DNA of 64,000 bases from Heteronotia binoei (GCF_032191835.1 NC_083230.1:75950001-76014000), one strand, 5' to 3'; shown: positions 48,752 to 62,099, counted from the first letter of the stretch. Notes: a model not told the origin generated them from the sequence alone. Made by a program: numbers and translations.

Positions 48752-49358
48752 CAGGGGTGTCAAACATGTGGGCCAGGGGCCAAATCAGAACCCCCGGGGG
48801 GCTCCTATCAGGCCCCTGAGCAACTGGCTGTCATCTGCTTTCTTCTCCTTCTCTCTTGCTTCCTTCTGCTTCACAGCTTGCTTTGCAAGGCTTGCTCAAT
48901 TGCACAGGAGCTACAGAGCAAAACTTCTGTTTTCTCCATTGGCTGAGGCTCTTACCTTGGGGAAGAAGGGGTGGGGAGGTAGAGCTTGCTTTGCCAGGTT
49001 CTCTCAATTGCACAGTGGAGTTACTGAGCCAAGCCTCTTTTCCTTCTATTGGCTGAGGCTCCTCCCCCTCCTGGTCCCCTGGGGAAGGAAGGAAAGAGCC
49101 AGAGCTTCCTTTGCCCAGTTCCCTGGATCCCATGGGAGATGTTCAAAGAAAGCACCTTTAAGACCAACTAGTGTTAATATTTTAAACATGTTTTGTGTTT
49201 TTTTTTAAATTATTGTGTTTGTCATTGCCTGTGTCCTTCATAAAGTTTATATCTCTGCTGCCTAGTCTTAAATAGGAACATACATGGCCTGGTCTGACCC
49301 AACGAGGTCTCATTTATGTCAGATCCGGTGGTCATAACAAATGAGTTCGACACCCCTG
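48752..49358. mobile_element. Charlie-like hAT element (reverse copy of the 352-922 family)
   Basis: CAGGGGTG/CACCCCTG TIRs; TSD CTTTAGAC/CTCTAGGC. Confidence 0.85.
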
Positions 49359-49364
49359 CTCTAG

Positions 49365-49437
49365 GCTGATTCTGCATAGAGCAGGGGGTTGGACTAGATG
49401 GCCTGTGTGGCCCCTTCCAGCTCTGTGATTCTATGAT
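49365..49437 (+). mobile_element. CR1 3' tail
   Basis: gggttggactagatggcc...ccccttccagctctgtgattctatga; relative at about 61740-61797. Confidence 0.75.
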
Positions 49438-49479
49438 ATGATTCTTTTATGGTCTATCTGCAGTTGCAGCTGTAACGGT

Positions 49480-49757
49480 AGAAGAAGAAGAAGAATTGCA
49501 GATTTATACCCTGCCCTTCTCTCTGAATCAGAGACTCAGGGAGGCTTACAATCTCCCATATCTTCTCCCCCCACAACAGACACCCTGTGAGGTGAGTGGG
49601 GCTGAGAGGGGTCTCACAGCAGCTGCCCTTTCAAGGACAACCTCTGCCAGAGCTATGACTAACCCAAGGCCATTCCAGCAGGTGCAAGCAAAGGAGTGGG
49701 GAATCAAACCCGATTCTCCCAGGTAAGAGTCCACATACTTAACCACTACCAAACTGA
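49480..49757 (-). mobile_element. Squam3-like SINE
   Basis: Same family as 966-1250. Confidence 0.85.
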
Positions 49758-50689
49758 TAGCTTTTTTAGTAGCTTTCACCGTAAATTCTCACTCTTGGGG
49801 CTAATCTAATTGAAAATATTCCTCCTAGACTTCTATTTTGGTAATGGCTTTTATATTAGATTCAGTCCTTTGCCTTATAACCAGTGATGTCTGAAGACTG
49901 TTACTCTGAGGGTCATGACTGAATTCTCCCCAGTGTAGCTTAGCTTTAAAAACATCTGGAAAGAGCCCCAGCTGTGTTTGAGTTGCAGCACTCCTGAAGT
50001 CCCCCCCCCCCCGTTTAAACTCACCTTCATTTTTTGGATTGAACCCCACCCTTCGGATATTAAGAAAGAAGAAGAGGGTACTTCTCTTGTTTCTCCTATC
50101 TACTGGAGTTAAGCAATCCTTAAGGGCTGGTTTTAATACAGGAAAGTGTGAGAAAATGTTCCTTAGTGAAACTGCTCCAATCCAACTCAGCTCCCCTCAC
50201 TGCTTCATAAAACAAAACTACATGTTGAAGAACCTGAACACGGATCCTCTAGAATAAATATTGTTTAGCCATCACAATTGGCATTAACTGCCATTAAGAG
50301 TTAAGATGCAAGTAATATTCAAGCTCCTTTTGGAAATCCTACCTGCTTATGTAACTGTTTTAATTCAGTTCATGATGGTCCCAAAGTCCATGTACATGAA
50401 GAATACTTTTCTTCCATCCTGCCAAAAGACCCAGGCACACAGACTAAAATCTCAGCCTTACTCAGTACTGAAGACTATATGAAAATATGCAACATGAACC
50501 AGAAGCTTATGCCTATTTTGTATTTTTGCTGCATATAATGACAAATATGCATAGCATATACATGAACTTGCAGTTAGCGTTGTTCTAATTGCATATACCC
50601 TGCAGTCTTTTTATTCCAAAATTGTGATTTCAAATGTGAACACTTATGACAGGTCCTGAAACCCCCCCTGCTATATGAGCTTATATGTC

Positions 50690-50880
50690 CTGACCTGGAT
50701 AGTTCAGGCTAGCCCAGTCTCATCAGGTCTTGGAAGCTCAGCAGGATCAGCCCTGGCTAGTATTTGAATGGGAGACCCCCAAGGAAGTCCAGGTCCCAGT
50801 GCAGAGGCAGGCAATGGCAAACTGCCTCTGAACGCCTCATATCTTGAAAACTCTACAGGGTTACCATAAGTCCTTGATAG
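50690..50880 (+). mobile_element. 5S rRNA-derived SINE
   Basis: cttggaagctcagcaggatcagccctggctagtatttgaatgggagac plus non-5S tail. Confidence 0.75.
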
Positions 50881-52294
50881 CAAAAAAGGCAGCCAGGGGT
50901 GGGGGTTGGGGATTGCAGCTTGATTCTCTGAACTGTGATTTAGCCAATAAGGGTTTAGTAGAGGACACAGTGCCTCCAGTCTCGTGACTGTAATGCTGAG
51001 TTGGCATTGTGAGCAAGCCCATGACCCTGCATCAGCACAACAGGGCAGATCAGCATTATTATACCAACACCGCCTACCAGTAACAGTTTAGGAATCCGAA
51101 ACATGATGCCTACAAACAAGCCCTCAAACTTATTGTGTAAAATTGAAACGTGAGGTAAGAGCTTGCATTGATCATTTGTAGGGCATGGATGTGGCTAGGT
51201 AAAAGTTGGTATCAGTGAAGTTTGGAATAGCAAGAAAGGGAGAATTATGCCCTGAATAATTGCTCTGTATAAGATAGGGGATGCTAGATGAACAGTGAAG
51301 AAGTACATAGTTAAGGGGCAATTATATATAACTGTATTATAAATTTAAACTGTTTTAAATGCTACTCTAAATATCATGGCTTCCTCCAAAGAATTCTGGG
51401 AGTTGTAAGTTGTTGAGATGTTTAGTGGGGAATGACAATACTGAGTATTCTGTCTTAGTTTTGGTTGAGGACAGCGATAGGTACCATTTCTTCTTGCACA
51501 CTCTCTCCCTACTTCTTCTCTAGCCTACCCATGAAATAGTGGCACAATCTGGAAACTTGAAGTTTTAATGCCACTTGAAAATGTTTTAATTCTGTAGTAT
51601 TTAAATTGTTTGCCTTGTTTTATCATGATTTTTTTACTGTTGTTCACTGCCCTGAGCCTTGTGTACTCAAGGGGGGGGGCAGTCTATAAATGTAATTTAT
51701 AAAATAGATATAAATAAAATATATAGATTCATAAACTTCCTTAGAACTACAGTTCCCAGGGAGTTTTTTTTTTAAGATGGACTGTTATACCCATTTACAT
51801 TTGTAGTGCAGATATAATACCTCTTGATGTTATTCGTTGTATCCTGTTGAAGTAACTTTAGGGAGAAATTACTCCACACTTCCATCTCTAATGTCTATGG
51901 CACAAATCCTCAACCTTGTTGAACCTGGGGTGCTTTTGGAATTCTGAGAACAGGTACTGGATGCTGACATTAAAATGGCTGACAAAGGGGTAAGTAGGAC
52001 CATGACAAAATGGCTGTCATGAAGGCATGAAGTCACAAAATGTTGAGGGATTCCATGCCTAGCATCCTCCTATAATGGTGACATCTATTTCAGAAAGGGT
52101 ACTCCCTGCATAAACAAAGTCTCCTTGGTTCTTCTGAAGCACTTCCTACTGTAGCAAAGTGGAGGAAACATGGACTAACCCTTTGCTTTGGGAAAGAGCA
52201 AGTGGGCTCTGGGAAACACAGTTGGTTACCACCTTGGGGGTCAGTGGTCTATGGCAACTGTCTTCATCTTTCTTTATCAGATTATCTTCACAGA

Positions 52295-52972
52295 ATGAAA
52301 TTAAGTGATCTCCTCTATCCAAATAATCCAAAGAGACGCCAGGATGTCATTGACCTGCATCAGCAACTGCTTGCTTGCATGCAACTTAATTTTAAGGCAA
52401 CCAATGAACTGATTGGAGCACTGAATGCACATCTGGGGGCCAAGATTATTCACATTAAAATGAAAGAGGAAGGTACCATCAAACAGAACTGTGATATTAT
52501 TATACAAGCCTTGAATGATATCCAGCAACAGTTGGGGAATTTTGACAAAGAATTGAAGGAAAAACTAGAACCAGTAATGTATCAAAAGCTTTACGATATT
52601 AAACAGCCTGAGCTGGAAAAAATTGGCATAGCTTGTAAAATTGTTTCTATTGTTCTTGGAGAGGCTACTGCAACTGCAGGTGCAATAGTTGTAAAATTAA
52701 TTGGTTCAAATATTATAATGGTTACAGTTAACAAACTAGTTGCACTGCTTGCTCAGATTGGGGTATCAGTCCTTGGAGGTCTTGGCATTAGTGTTCTGGG
52801 GCTTGGCATTGAAATCATTCTTCATGCCATCTTGGGAGCTGTGGAAAGAGAGCACCTTCTGGCATGTATTCAGAGCTATGAGCAGCATCTGGCTGAATTT
52901 AAAGAAGCCTCAGACTCATATCAGCATGCCATCCATAAAGTAAGTGCAATGGTGAAAGACAAAGCTGAGTAA
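52295..52972 (+). CDS. SMCO3: Single-pass membrane protein with coiled-coil domains 3 (225 aa)
   Basis: MKLSDLLYPNNPKRRQDVIDLHQQLL matches human [26 protein letters not shown]; same length; acceptors at 52280 and 52293; listed ORF overextends 5'. Confidence 0.95.
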   Translation: MKLSDLLYPNNPKRRQDVIDLHQQLLACMQLNFKATNELIGALNAHLGAKIIHIKMKEEGTIKQNCDIIIQALNDIQQQLGNFDKELKEKLEPVMYQKLYDIKQPELEKIGIACKIVSIVLGEATATAGAIVVKLIGSNIIMVTVNKLVALLAQIGVSVLGGLGISVLGLGIEIILHAILGAVEREHLLACIQSYEQHLAEFKEASDSYQHAIHKVSAMVKDKAE

Positions 52973-54764
52973 CTTGGGAATGTTCTTGTCCTTGGATGAT
53001 TGCACCAAACCCATTACATCATAACTGAAAAGCCTGACTTTTCCTCTTTCAATTATGGTTATAACAGATCTCTATAAAGACAGAGAATTGGAATCAAGGT
53101 CCATTTCTGCCAGTGCAATGGGTGGATTTTTTTTGCTGATTTCCTGCTGTCATCGCAGTTTCCCAATTTCACCCATCATGCTGTTCCTGAGAGCCCCTAT
53201 CCCCAGTGAGCTGCAGTGGGGAGAAGCGAGCAGAAAATTTCCATTCTGCTGAAGCAACTACTTTCCTTTATTGAAAAACAAACTTTGGATCCAACCCGAC
53301 CCAAAATGTGCTGCTGCAGGTATGTAGAATTCAAAAGCACCACTCAAGATACTTATTGGGGTGTGAAAAGAGATCATTCTTTTTGTGTGGTACACAGAGA
53401 AGACTGCTGCTCCAAGAATGCATTGAACCTGTATGAACTCTCAGTGTAGATTACTAATGAACAGTATGAATCTCCCTCTTGCTTTCTAATTTTCCACTGA
53501 AATTTAAGACCTGCACTTGGATGCTGCCATATTTATTTTAAGAACAAAGAATGAACTGCTATTATGAGATGTGGCATCTAGAATTATTCACTTCTGATGG
53601 AAAATAATGGAACTGATGTGTTTTTTTTGTTTGCTGTGTTTTGCCAGCAACTTTCTGACAATGCAAGTCAGCACTTTCATTTTCAAATCTAAGTCACACT
53701 GAAATAAATGATACATTAGCTGCAAGATATGCAGTTTTATAGAATTCCAACTTTAATTTTTATGATGTGCCTTCTTCTAGCACAGACAAGTCACAGCACA
53801 TACAGTAACGCAGCACTCTGCACTAGCTAATCTGCAAAAAGTGTTCAATGAACAGGACATTACATATAGTTTATATGCGAACTTTATTGTATGGAACTAA
53901 GTTCATGTTACACACAGTGGTTTGTTTTTCAGTTACATACTGTTGGCAGAGGGAAGCAACATTAGGAATAAAGCTCACACTAGACTTCTGGCTTTATGAA
54001 AGAAATAGAGGTTATTTATAGAAAAACTTCATAGTTAGAAAAAGATCTAGTGATCCATGTAAGCTACTTTGGTGAGAGACTGCTTGGGGTTGGTGGCTCT
54101 GGGCTGGGAAATACCTGGAAATCTGGGGGGGCGGGCGGGGGTGAAGCCTGGGGAGGGGAGTGACCTCAGTAGGGTACAGTGCCATAGAGTTCAACCTCCC
54201 CCCACAACAAGCAACCATTTTCTCCAGTGGAAGTTATCTCTGTAGTCTAGAGATCAATTGTAATAGTGGGAGATCTCCAGGCCCCACTTGGAGGTTGGCA
54301 ACTCTATGCTAGCATATCCTGCTCATATGGTGAGTGGAGGAAAGGAGAGAGTAGTATTCTGGGTAAACAAAGACATATCAACAGAGCAGACAAAGGGAAC
54401 TGATCCATTTGGCCTTGCTAGCGATACTGCCTGCTTTTAAGGTAGAAAAGAGTAACGGTCCAGTAGCATCTTAAAGACTAACTAAATTTGTGGAAGGGTA
54501 TGAGCTTTCATGAGTCATTGCTCACTTCTTCACCCCTTTAAAGTGGCCACCACTTTTAAAGAAGTCGCATACCTTTTAAATGCTTTCCATCAATTGGAAA
54601 TACTGGGGGACGGGGGTGCCTTCTTTTGGGGCTCATAATTTGGACCCTCTGGTCAAATCTTTTTGAAACTCAGGGAGAGGGGTTGAGGAGAGGTATCAGA
54701 TGCTATGCTGAAAGTCTGATACCTTTGCCTCAAAAAACAGTCCCCCAGAGCCCCAGATACCCAC

Positions 54765-54982
54765 TAGGGTTGCCAGCCTCTAGGTGGGGCCTGCAGATCT
54801 CCTGCTTTTACAGCTGATCTCCAGCTGACAGAGATCAGCTTTCCTGGAGAAAAGGGCTGCTTTGAAGGGTGGACTCTATGGCATTGTACCACGCTGAGTT
54901 CCCTCCCCTCCCCAAACCCACCCTCTCCTGGATCCACCCCCAAAGTCTCCAGGTATTTTCCAACACAGACTTGGCAACCCAA
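54765..54982. mobile_element. Short hAT (TAGGGTTGCC) MITE nested in a longer MITE of the same superfamily (about 54540-55124)
   Basis: TSD ATACCCAC/ATACCCAT. Confidence 0.8.
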
Positions 54983-55540
54983 ATACCCATAGATCAATTC
55001 TCCATTATACCCTATGGGAGCCTGTCTCCATAGGGTATAATGGAGTGCTCAGCAGACATTCCCTCTTTCTGATAACCCTCCAAACCAAGGAATGCCCTGC
55101 CCCCAACTGGGGATGGGCAACCCTATCTGTAATGTCCCCTGATGGAAGAGGCAGCTTCCTTGGGATCAGGCCATGTGGTGACCACAGGATACTCTATCTA
55201 TTTGATGGCACCATGCAATTCAGTCAGAAAAGCTGCCAGGGTGATGGAATAATGGAAAGCTGAAGACCAGCAGGTTATCTGATAGATGAGAAGGAAGAAA
55301 GAAAAGGGAAGTGGCTGTGCAGGCTTTCAGGGAAGGCAAAGAGGAAATTTATAGGAGCGGGGAAGAGATGCCCCAGCATAGGGTTGCCAATTCTAACTCA
55401 GAAAGTATCTGGGGACTTTGGGGGTACAGCCGGAAAAATTTCACATTCCCCAAAATAAATAAGTAAAAATACAGCAGTGTAGTTCCCCTGGACACAATCT
55501 TCATTTCCTCATCCCAAGCAGCTGCACGTCCCCTGTACCT

Positions 55541-55587
<47 letters not shown>
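55541..55587. repeat. Compound (CT)n(CA)n microsatellite
   Basis: Seen directly; other dinucleotide tracts at about 21880-21938 and 30940-30964. Confidence 0.95.
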
Positions 55588-55590
<3 letters not shown>

Positions 55591-57444
55591 CAGCCAAGAT
55601 AAACAGTTTGCAATCCCACACTTGTGTCATCTCACTGGGGCAATTTACTCATCAGTTGCTGAAGTTCCAAGCTCTTCAGACGAACACAGGGAAATGAAAG
55701 GTTCTAGTTTATCCTTTACTATGCAAACAATCTCTGAAAAGATTGTAAAACAAACAGGTGGTCTGGGTTGCTTTCACAGCTACTGGGAGCAGCCATGTTG
55801 TTCTGCTGGTTCACCCCGCCCACATTCAGCCTGGCCTCTACAGATTTAAAAGCACACACACCATCTAAAAAGTAAACCTTTCCAAGTGTCTTCTTAAGCA
55901 TTCCAAAGTGGAAAGGCACATGGTGGCTGTTGGGTGGGGCTTCCCCCATCGGCCAGCTGACTGGGGGCGGGAAGGAGCCCACAAAAATGGGAGATTCCCC
56001 GTTGGAACCTAGGGATTGGCAAGCCTACCCCTGCAAATCCTTGTAGGTCCCTATCTGTAACAAGCGAACTATAATAGGACTACAGGCGCTGGCACCCACT
56101 GGATACTTTTCAAATGCCATCATGAAAGATATTTGGTGAACACTTGTGTAACACCTCACAGCTATAAAAAATCTTAATACATATTTGCACATAATAAGAA
56201 ATGACTATGGCAGTAAGACTTTTCTTAATTTTAATCAAAGGCTGGCAATATGGAAAACGTGAAAGTTTATTAATTGCAATTTTAAGTTTTTCACATCATG
56301 TAATAAAATTCTTTAAATAGCAAGATTTTGAAATGGGATATAAACTGGGATTTAAATGTAAATCTGTTAGTTCCAATATATTGTGATGTGCTTCTTTCAA
56401 GAAAGTAATTACTATGCAGAATGAATTACAATTTTCTTACCTGTCTTTTTGTTGTTATTCCATTTGTACATGTTCTATTCAAAATCAGTCTATGACCAAA
56501 TAAAATATTCTTACTTACAAACAGTATTTATACAACAAACATAAGACTTTATATATAGATATTACACAGAATAGGTGCATACATCGAGCACATATTTATC
56601 TCCTAGGACATTTGGTTTACTGTCATACAATTTAACCACAAAACCAGTCCACAAACTCTAACATATGCATCTTCTGATGTGCACATGAAAATCAGGCATT
56701 AGCCAGAGCTTTCTCATTCCAATTAATCAGTCAGTTGAAATAGGGAGACTTGCTCATGTGGAGAGTATGCTTCAGAGCTTCAAATGGTGAGGATAATACC
56801 AGAGTTAGCTTTTCTGTTATTCTCTTTTCCCTCTGCATTCCCTTGGTATTTTTCCTGACTTTCTTTTCTTACAGGATATATTCTTTTTGTGTTACACTCA
56901 TTGTAAGATATATTATTAACTGAGCTCAGTTGGATATATACCAGCAGGTTTGACCATATTTGTAGCAGTTTCTAACCACACACTTTCCCTGACAGAACAG
57001 CATTTCTGTTTGCAGAACAGGGACAACAGTTTCTGCCAATTTCTCTGCAGGCCTTCACTTTGCTGATCCTCAGGAGCAAAATTTGGGAGGGGCTTAGTAG
57101 CAGGAAGGAGGAGGCCCACCCTGTAAAGTTGATGGCTCTCTGGATACACACTATGTTCCAAAAGGGAGAACACATAGCAGCACATCAGCTTGACACATTT
57201 CTTTTTTAAAAATGAATTTTATTAAGATTCTGCTCCAAGCAAAAAAGAACTAGGTGCTATAGTAGATGAAATGTGATTAATAAATAATATAAAATAGTCA
57301 AGAAATTCCACTGAGACCATATATATAGCTTCATGTGATCATAACTGGTACTTAGAGAAGGGGCAGGAAGTCAGTGTGTAAACAGTGGTAGTGTCATAAG
57401 TAGATCTACCAGATCACATAAATAACATTTTTGTTTTGCAAGGA

Positions 57445-57640
57445 AGGTGGCATGATAGAGTCTGATCTTGTCAGATCTCAGAAGCTAACTAGGGCCAATC
57501 TTGGTTAGAACTTGGATGGGAGACCTCCAAGGAAGACGGCAGAGAAAAGCAATGGCAAACCACCTCTATTTTCTGGCCTTGAAAGCCTCTTGTTGGGGTC
57601 ACCATAAGTCAGCTGTGACTTGACAGCACTTTACACACAC
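57445..57640 (+). mobile_element. 5S rRNA-derived SINE
   Basis: gatcttgtcagatctcagaagctaac...ttggatgggagacc followed by tail gtgacttgacagcac. Confidence 0.75.
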
Positions 57641-59539
57641 ACATACACACAGGGACGAACAATAGGCTCTGTATTAGTTAAATCATAACTCTCCAGCAAG
57701 AACATAATTAAACAAATAGAAAAACCAACCCAGGAACAGTTTGTATTCACCTTATTATGGATTCTTGGAAAGGGAAGAAGAGAAAGAAGGCAATGTCTTA
57801 ACAGGAAATGAAAGTGCAGAGGCAGCTTCACTTGGTCATGTGCTGCTATCTGTGGTAGAGCAAATGGTGACTTCACAAAGGTGGGTAATCTTGAATTATA
57901 CAAAGGACATGGCAATGACCCCATGGGCACTCAAAGGGAAGAGCTAGACAAGATTAAATAGACTAAGTTAAAAGGTAGCAGACCATATTTCAAAGAGATG
58001 GAACCCTTTATTATCCCAGTGTTCTTGTGCATGTGTATTTTGACACTCTGAGATATTTTTGTATATTGATCTAAAGACAACTGTATGACAATTCTTCAGA
58101 ATGTCAGGACTGATTAAAGCGGCATCACTTCAGTACAGTGATTATTAAAATTTATCTTAACTTCAATTTTTAATCAATTTGAAATTACATTCAATACCAT
58201 TATTGATAGAACAGAGACTTGCAGTCAAAGATTTTGCTGGTTATTATACAAACCAGCACGCAGTATGCATTTTCTCCTTCTCTGCCTACTAAGCAGAGCC
58301 TTTATTTAATATTGATTGCTTTAGGAGAGCAGTAGCAAGAACATGGAACCTATGCATTCCTGCTACTTAAGTGACATCTAGATGAAGATTTATCCTTTGG
58401 AGCTCAGGTATGATTTCCCAGACTTCTGTAGAGGAACCTTCCCTGTTTACCTACCTGTCCCTAGAATCTGATTTCTCTGACAAGTAATATGATCATATCC
58501 TGCATAGATGCAGATCACTGACACAACTTTTCATAGCATTGCCCCTCAGCAGTTAGCTCAGCAAGAGACTTAGCAGTGTACAGAAGGCAGGCAGTCATTT
58601 TAAGCCACACATTTATTAGATAAACTGTGCTTGACTGTAACCCAAAATCTGTTTTTGCATAGGTACTCAATGTACCCACGTACTTAAGACAGACAAAATA
58701 CATAATTTGAAAAACAATTTTCTAATGAAAACACACATTTGTACCATTCAGGTAAAGCAACCAATTAAAAAGGGTTGCTATCTTTTCAATGTTTCAACTA
58801 TCTTGGGTCAAATTGCCTATGTGCCATGTCTATACAACCCTCCCCCCCACACACATAAGAGCCCTGCTAGTTTACATCAATCCGTTCCCTGTAATGTAGT
58901 CAGATGCTGCTAAGAAGCCTACTATGCAAAGCAGCAATTCTACTCTGCAGTTTGCCCTCTGCAGCTGCTATTCAAACAAACTCCATTCACCTTTCTCCGC
59001 CAGTCACTCTTGATATATTATGACGGCTTTTCCAAATTTCATTTCATTGTCCGATGAAGTGTGCTTGCATGCAAATGCTCAATAAAACTTTGTTGGTCTT
59101 AAAGGTGTCACTGGACTTTGTTGTACTGTTTAGACCAACATGGCTATCTACCTTGATCTGTTTTCCATAAAGTTGTCTAACAATAGCCCATGAAATTACT
59201 TGGACAACCAGACCTGTAGTGTTTCACTGTGGCTGTATATAAAGGCATCATAATTCTGAAAATTATTTTCAGTCCCCTGCTAACAATCTCTAGTAAGGAA
59301 AGATGTGTGCATTTCACACCAGCAAATCCTTCGCTATGATGACTTTTAGAAATACAAATTCGGTCCCGATTGAAAACTATGACAGTTTCTTTCTCGGTAG
59401 AGCACAGACACTTAAAAGGGGGGAGAGGGAGTGAATGACTATAAGAGCTGCGACTTCTAGCCTGAAATTAGCAAACGAGCACTCCCTTGCTTTAGATCTT
59501 TTCTTTCGCTTTCCAGATGAAAACCATCTAGCCACAGAG

Positions 59540-59933
59540 CGGCGCTAGTGGCCCTCATTTAAAATCTATGGTCGCGCAGTCGCACAACGTTGATGCCATA
59601 ACGACAGCAAACTGCTGCAGCCGCAAATCGCCGCAATCCCTTTCTAGGTACTTCCGCCCTAAAAACTACTCGATTTCCCACTTCCAGGCAAACCGCGCAG
59701 GGTTTTCACTATAGAGATAGCCAGGCCTAAAACGCACTCATATTGAATCTTAGCTAAAGGAGGCGGTCAGCTTCCACCGGAAGTCCATGAAGTGTGCCGC
59801 TCTGCCTTTTTATGGTCTTTGCAGCGAGGTCGCGCGGCTTTTCAAGATGGCGACGAAGGCGGGAGCTCCCTGGGAGCCCCGGCTTCTGTAGGGCCCTTTC
59901 GCTTGACTGGCTCTCTAGTGCCAGCATCTCGGG
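59540..59933. promoter_or_regulatory. CpG-rich promoter and non-coding first exon of WBP11; probably bidirectional with C12orf60
   Basis: ETS motifs ACTTCCG (59650-59656) and CCGGAAGT (59777-59784); YY1-like CAAGATGGCG (59843-59852); donor G|GTGAGT at 59934. Confidence 0.75.
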
Positions 59934-61213
59934 GTGAGTGGTGGGAGGGCTTTCGCTTGGAGGCAGCCCTCCTCCCAGACTCAGGGCTCCCGAACCCGTT
60001 CGGCTCTCTCCTCTCTTGGGGCTAGGTTCATAGCCATTCATTCTGAGTTCCCGTCTCCACTTTATAAAGAATTTCAGGTTGTGTTGGGTATTGGTGAGTG
60101 TAAGGTGTGTGTTGTGGTGGTGTATTATGTTGTAACTGTGAACTGAAGGTATAGTGCAACAGTCTTGCTCGGATCAGTTGATACTGTCAAAGCCAGGAGT
60201 GTAATTGTAACTGGAAAGAATGTAAGCAAAAGGAATAGTGGTGATAGAGTCTTGTGGTACTTTACAGACCAACAAATTAACTGTAGTTTAAATTTTTGTG
60301 TGCTCTAGCCCAATTTGCCTATCTGCATGAAATTATATTAGTCTTCAAAAATAGTAGTTCTTGTGTCACTGCTATGTTATCTGTGAATGCCTTCTTGTGT
60401 TCCTGGCCAGTGACTAGATCAGGCGTCCACTGTGGTGCCTGTGCATACCATGGTGTCTGCTGACACCTCCTGATGCCTGCCAAATGGTTTTAGAAAGTGG
60501 GTGGGGTCACATGGAGCTTTTGCCCAGCAAATCTTCTGATTGACCAATGGTTGTGCAGATTTTAAACAGTGTTGCTTTGTTAACAGCTACCACCACAGCA
60601 TCACTATATGATGGGAGGTAAGCTGAGGCAGCAGTTTTATGTTTGGCTGCACCTCCTGTAGTAGCTATTTTATGGCTGTGCCAGAATTCCAAAAATGATC
60701 ACAGTCTTAAACAAGGTTGAGAATCCCTAGAATAGATCATGAGTTGCCTTTGTGAGGGTTGTGAAATGGCCACACAGTGGTGTGGAGAAGTTTGGAACAT
60801 CCTTCCATAAGTCATCAGGGCCCTGCGGGATTTATTGCAATTCTGCAGGGCCTGCAAGACTGAACTGTTTCAGATGGTGTATAACGTCTAATGGGAGAAG
60901 GCTGCCACCACATCTGTATCTATTACGCTTTAGTACCAACTGCCTAGGATCTATGTGCGTGAGAAAGAAAATATCCTCCTGAAGTAGCACCATTGCCATT
61001 TATCTGATTGTTTTATTGTTTTAATATTGTTTTTGTTTACTGTCTGTTTTACGCTGTTAGCCGCCTTCAGTCTGTATAGAATGGGTGGAATATAAATATA
61101 ACGTAAATAAATGGAAATGTGCATTTTGTATTAATACTGAGATAATGTTGGATTATGTTTTTTCTCAGTCATCAAATTTCAATCAGTGGAAAAGAGAAAA
61201 ATAAACAGACAAA

Positions 61214-61277
61214 ATGGGGCGGAGGTCAACATCTTCCACCAAGAGTGGGAAGTTTATGAATCCCACAGATCAAGCTC
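61214..61277 (+). CDS. WBP11: WBP11 first coding exon (MGRRSTSSTKSGKFMNPTDQA)
   Basis: Identical to the known WBP11 N-terminus; acceptor at 61168; donor C|GTAAGT. Confidence 0.97.
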
Positions 61278-61805
61278 GTAAGTGTTCAAAGAACTTCTGT
61301 AAGGGCAGTAGGGGATTCAGGGGAGAGAAGTGGTCTAACACGTTGCATTAGACTGACACTACACTTTATTTTTTCTTAGTTGCACAGTGTGGGAAAAGAG
61401 ATTGGAGCAGAAATACATGCTAGGGTGTCAAGTATAGACTAGAAAAAAATCTGATAAGTTTTCATATCTTTCATAAAAGGGAGGCATTATATTTTCTAAT
61501 GTTGATGGTTTTTAGTATTTAATTGCTGTTTTAATTTTTATCTGTTGTATACATAGCTGATGTAAGTTGCCCTAAGCCCTATTCTTAGGGAAGGGCGGCC
61601 AATAAATTGAATCTAATAATAATAGTTTTTATAAACCTTGTAGATGATACTGGAAGCGTATAAGCCATTATGCCATCTTCTGGGCTTGGAGCAGGTGTCA
61701 CTGTGTGTGTGTGGGGGGGAAATACTTGTGAATTTCCTGCATTGTGCATGGGGTTGGACTAGATGACCCTTGAGGTCCCTTGCAACTTTGTGATTCATTA
61801 CAGAC

Positions 61806-62099
61806 CAGGGGTGCCAAACTCATTTGTTATGAGGGCTGGATCTGACATAAATGAGACCTTGTCAGGCTGGGCCATGGGTGTCATAAAATGTAATGCCAGG
61901 TAGCAGAGATATAAACTTTCTAAAGGACACAGACACAATTACAGTTTTTTTAAAAAAAAAATCAAAATAAAGCATACTTTAAAGATTAGCAGTCTTGCAA
62001 TATTTTGTTCATTTACCTATCAATCTCTGATAACTGACATCTCTTGCTCTGAATTTATGTCAGATCCAGCCCTTATAACAAATGAATTTGACACCCCTG
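61806..62099. mobile_element. Short palindromic Charlie-like hAT MITE in WBP11 intron
   Basis: CAGGGGTG...CACCCCTG with about 45-bp inverted arms. Confidence 0.8.

Noticed and set aside
52202-52294. N-terminal extension of the SMCO3 ORF
   Set aside because: Starts at GTG and crosses intronic acceptor sequence; the ATG at 52295 gives the human-length 225-aa protein
54490-54535. Penelope-associated hammerhead-like motif (minus strand GTGAAGA...GAAA; also CCGATGA at 59051)
   Set aside because: Catalytic core CUGA(N)GA is mutated or truncated, so it is not an intact ribozyme
57445-57530. 5S rRNA-like sequences (also 16648, 39750 and 50700)
   Set aside because: Partial, diverged, and fused to a SINE body; not rRNA genes
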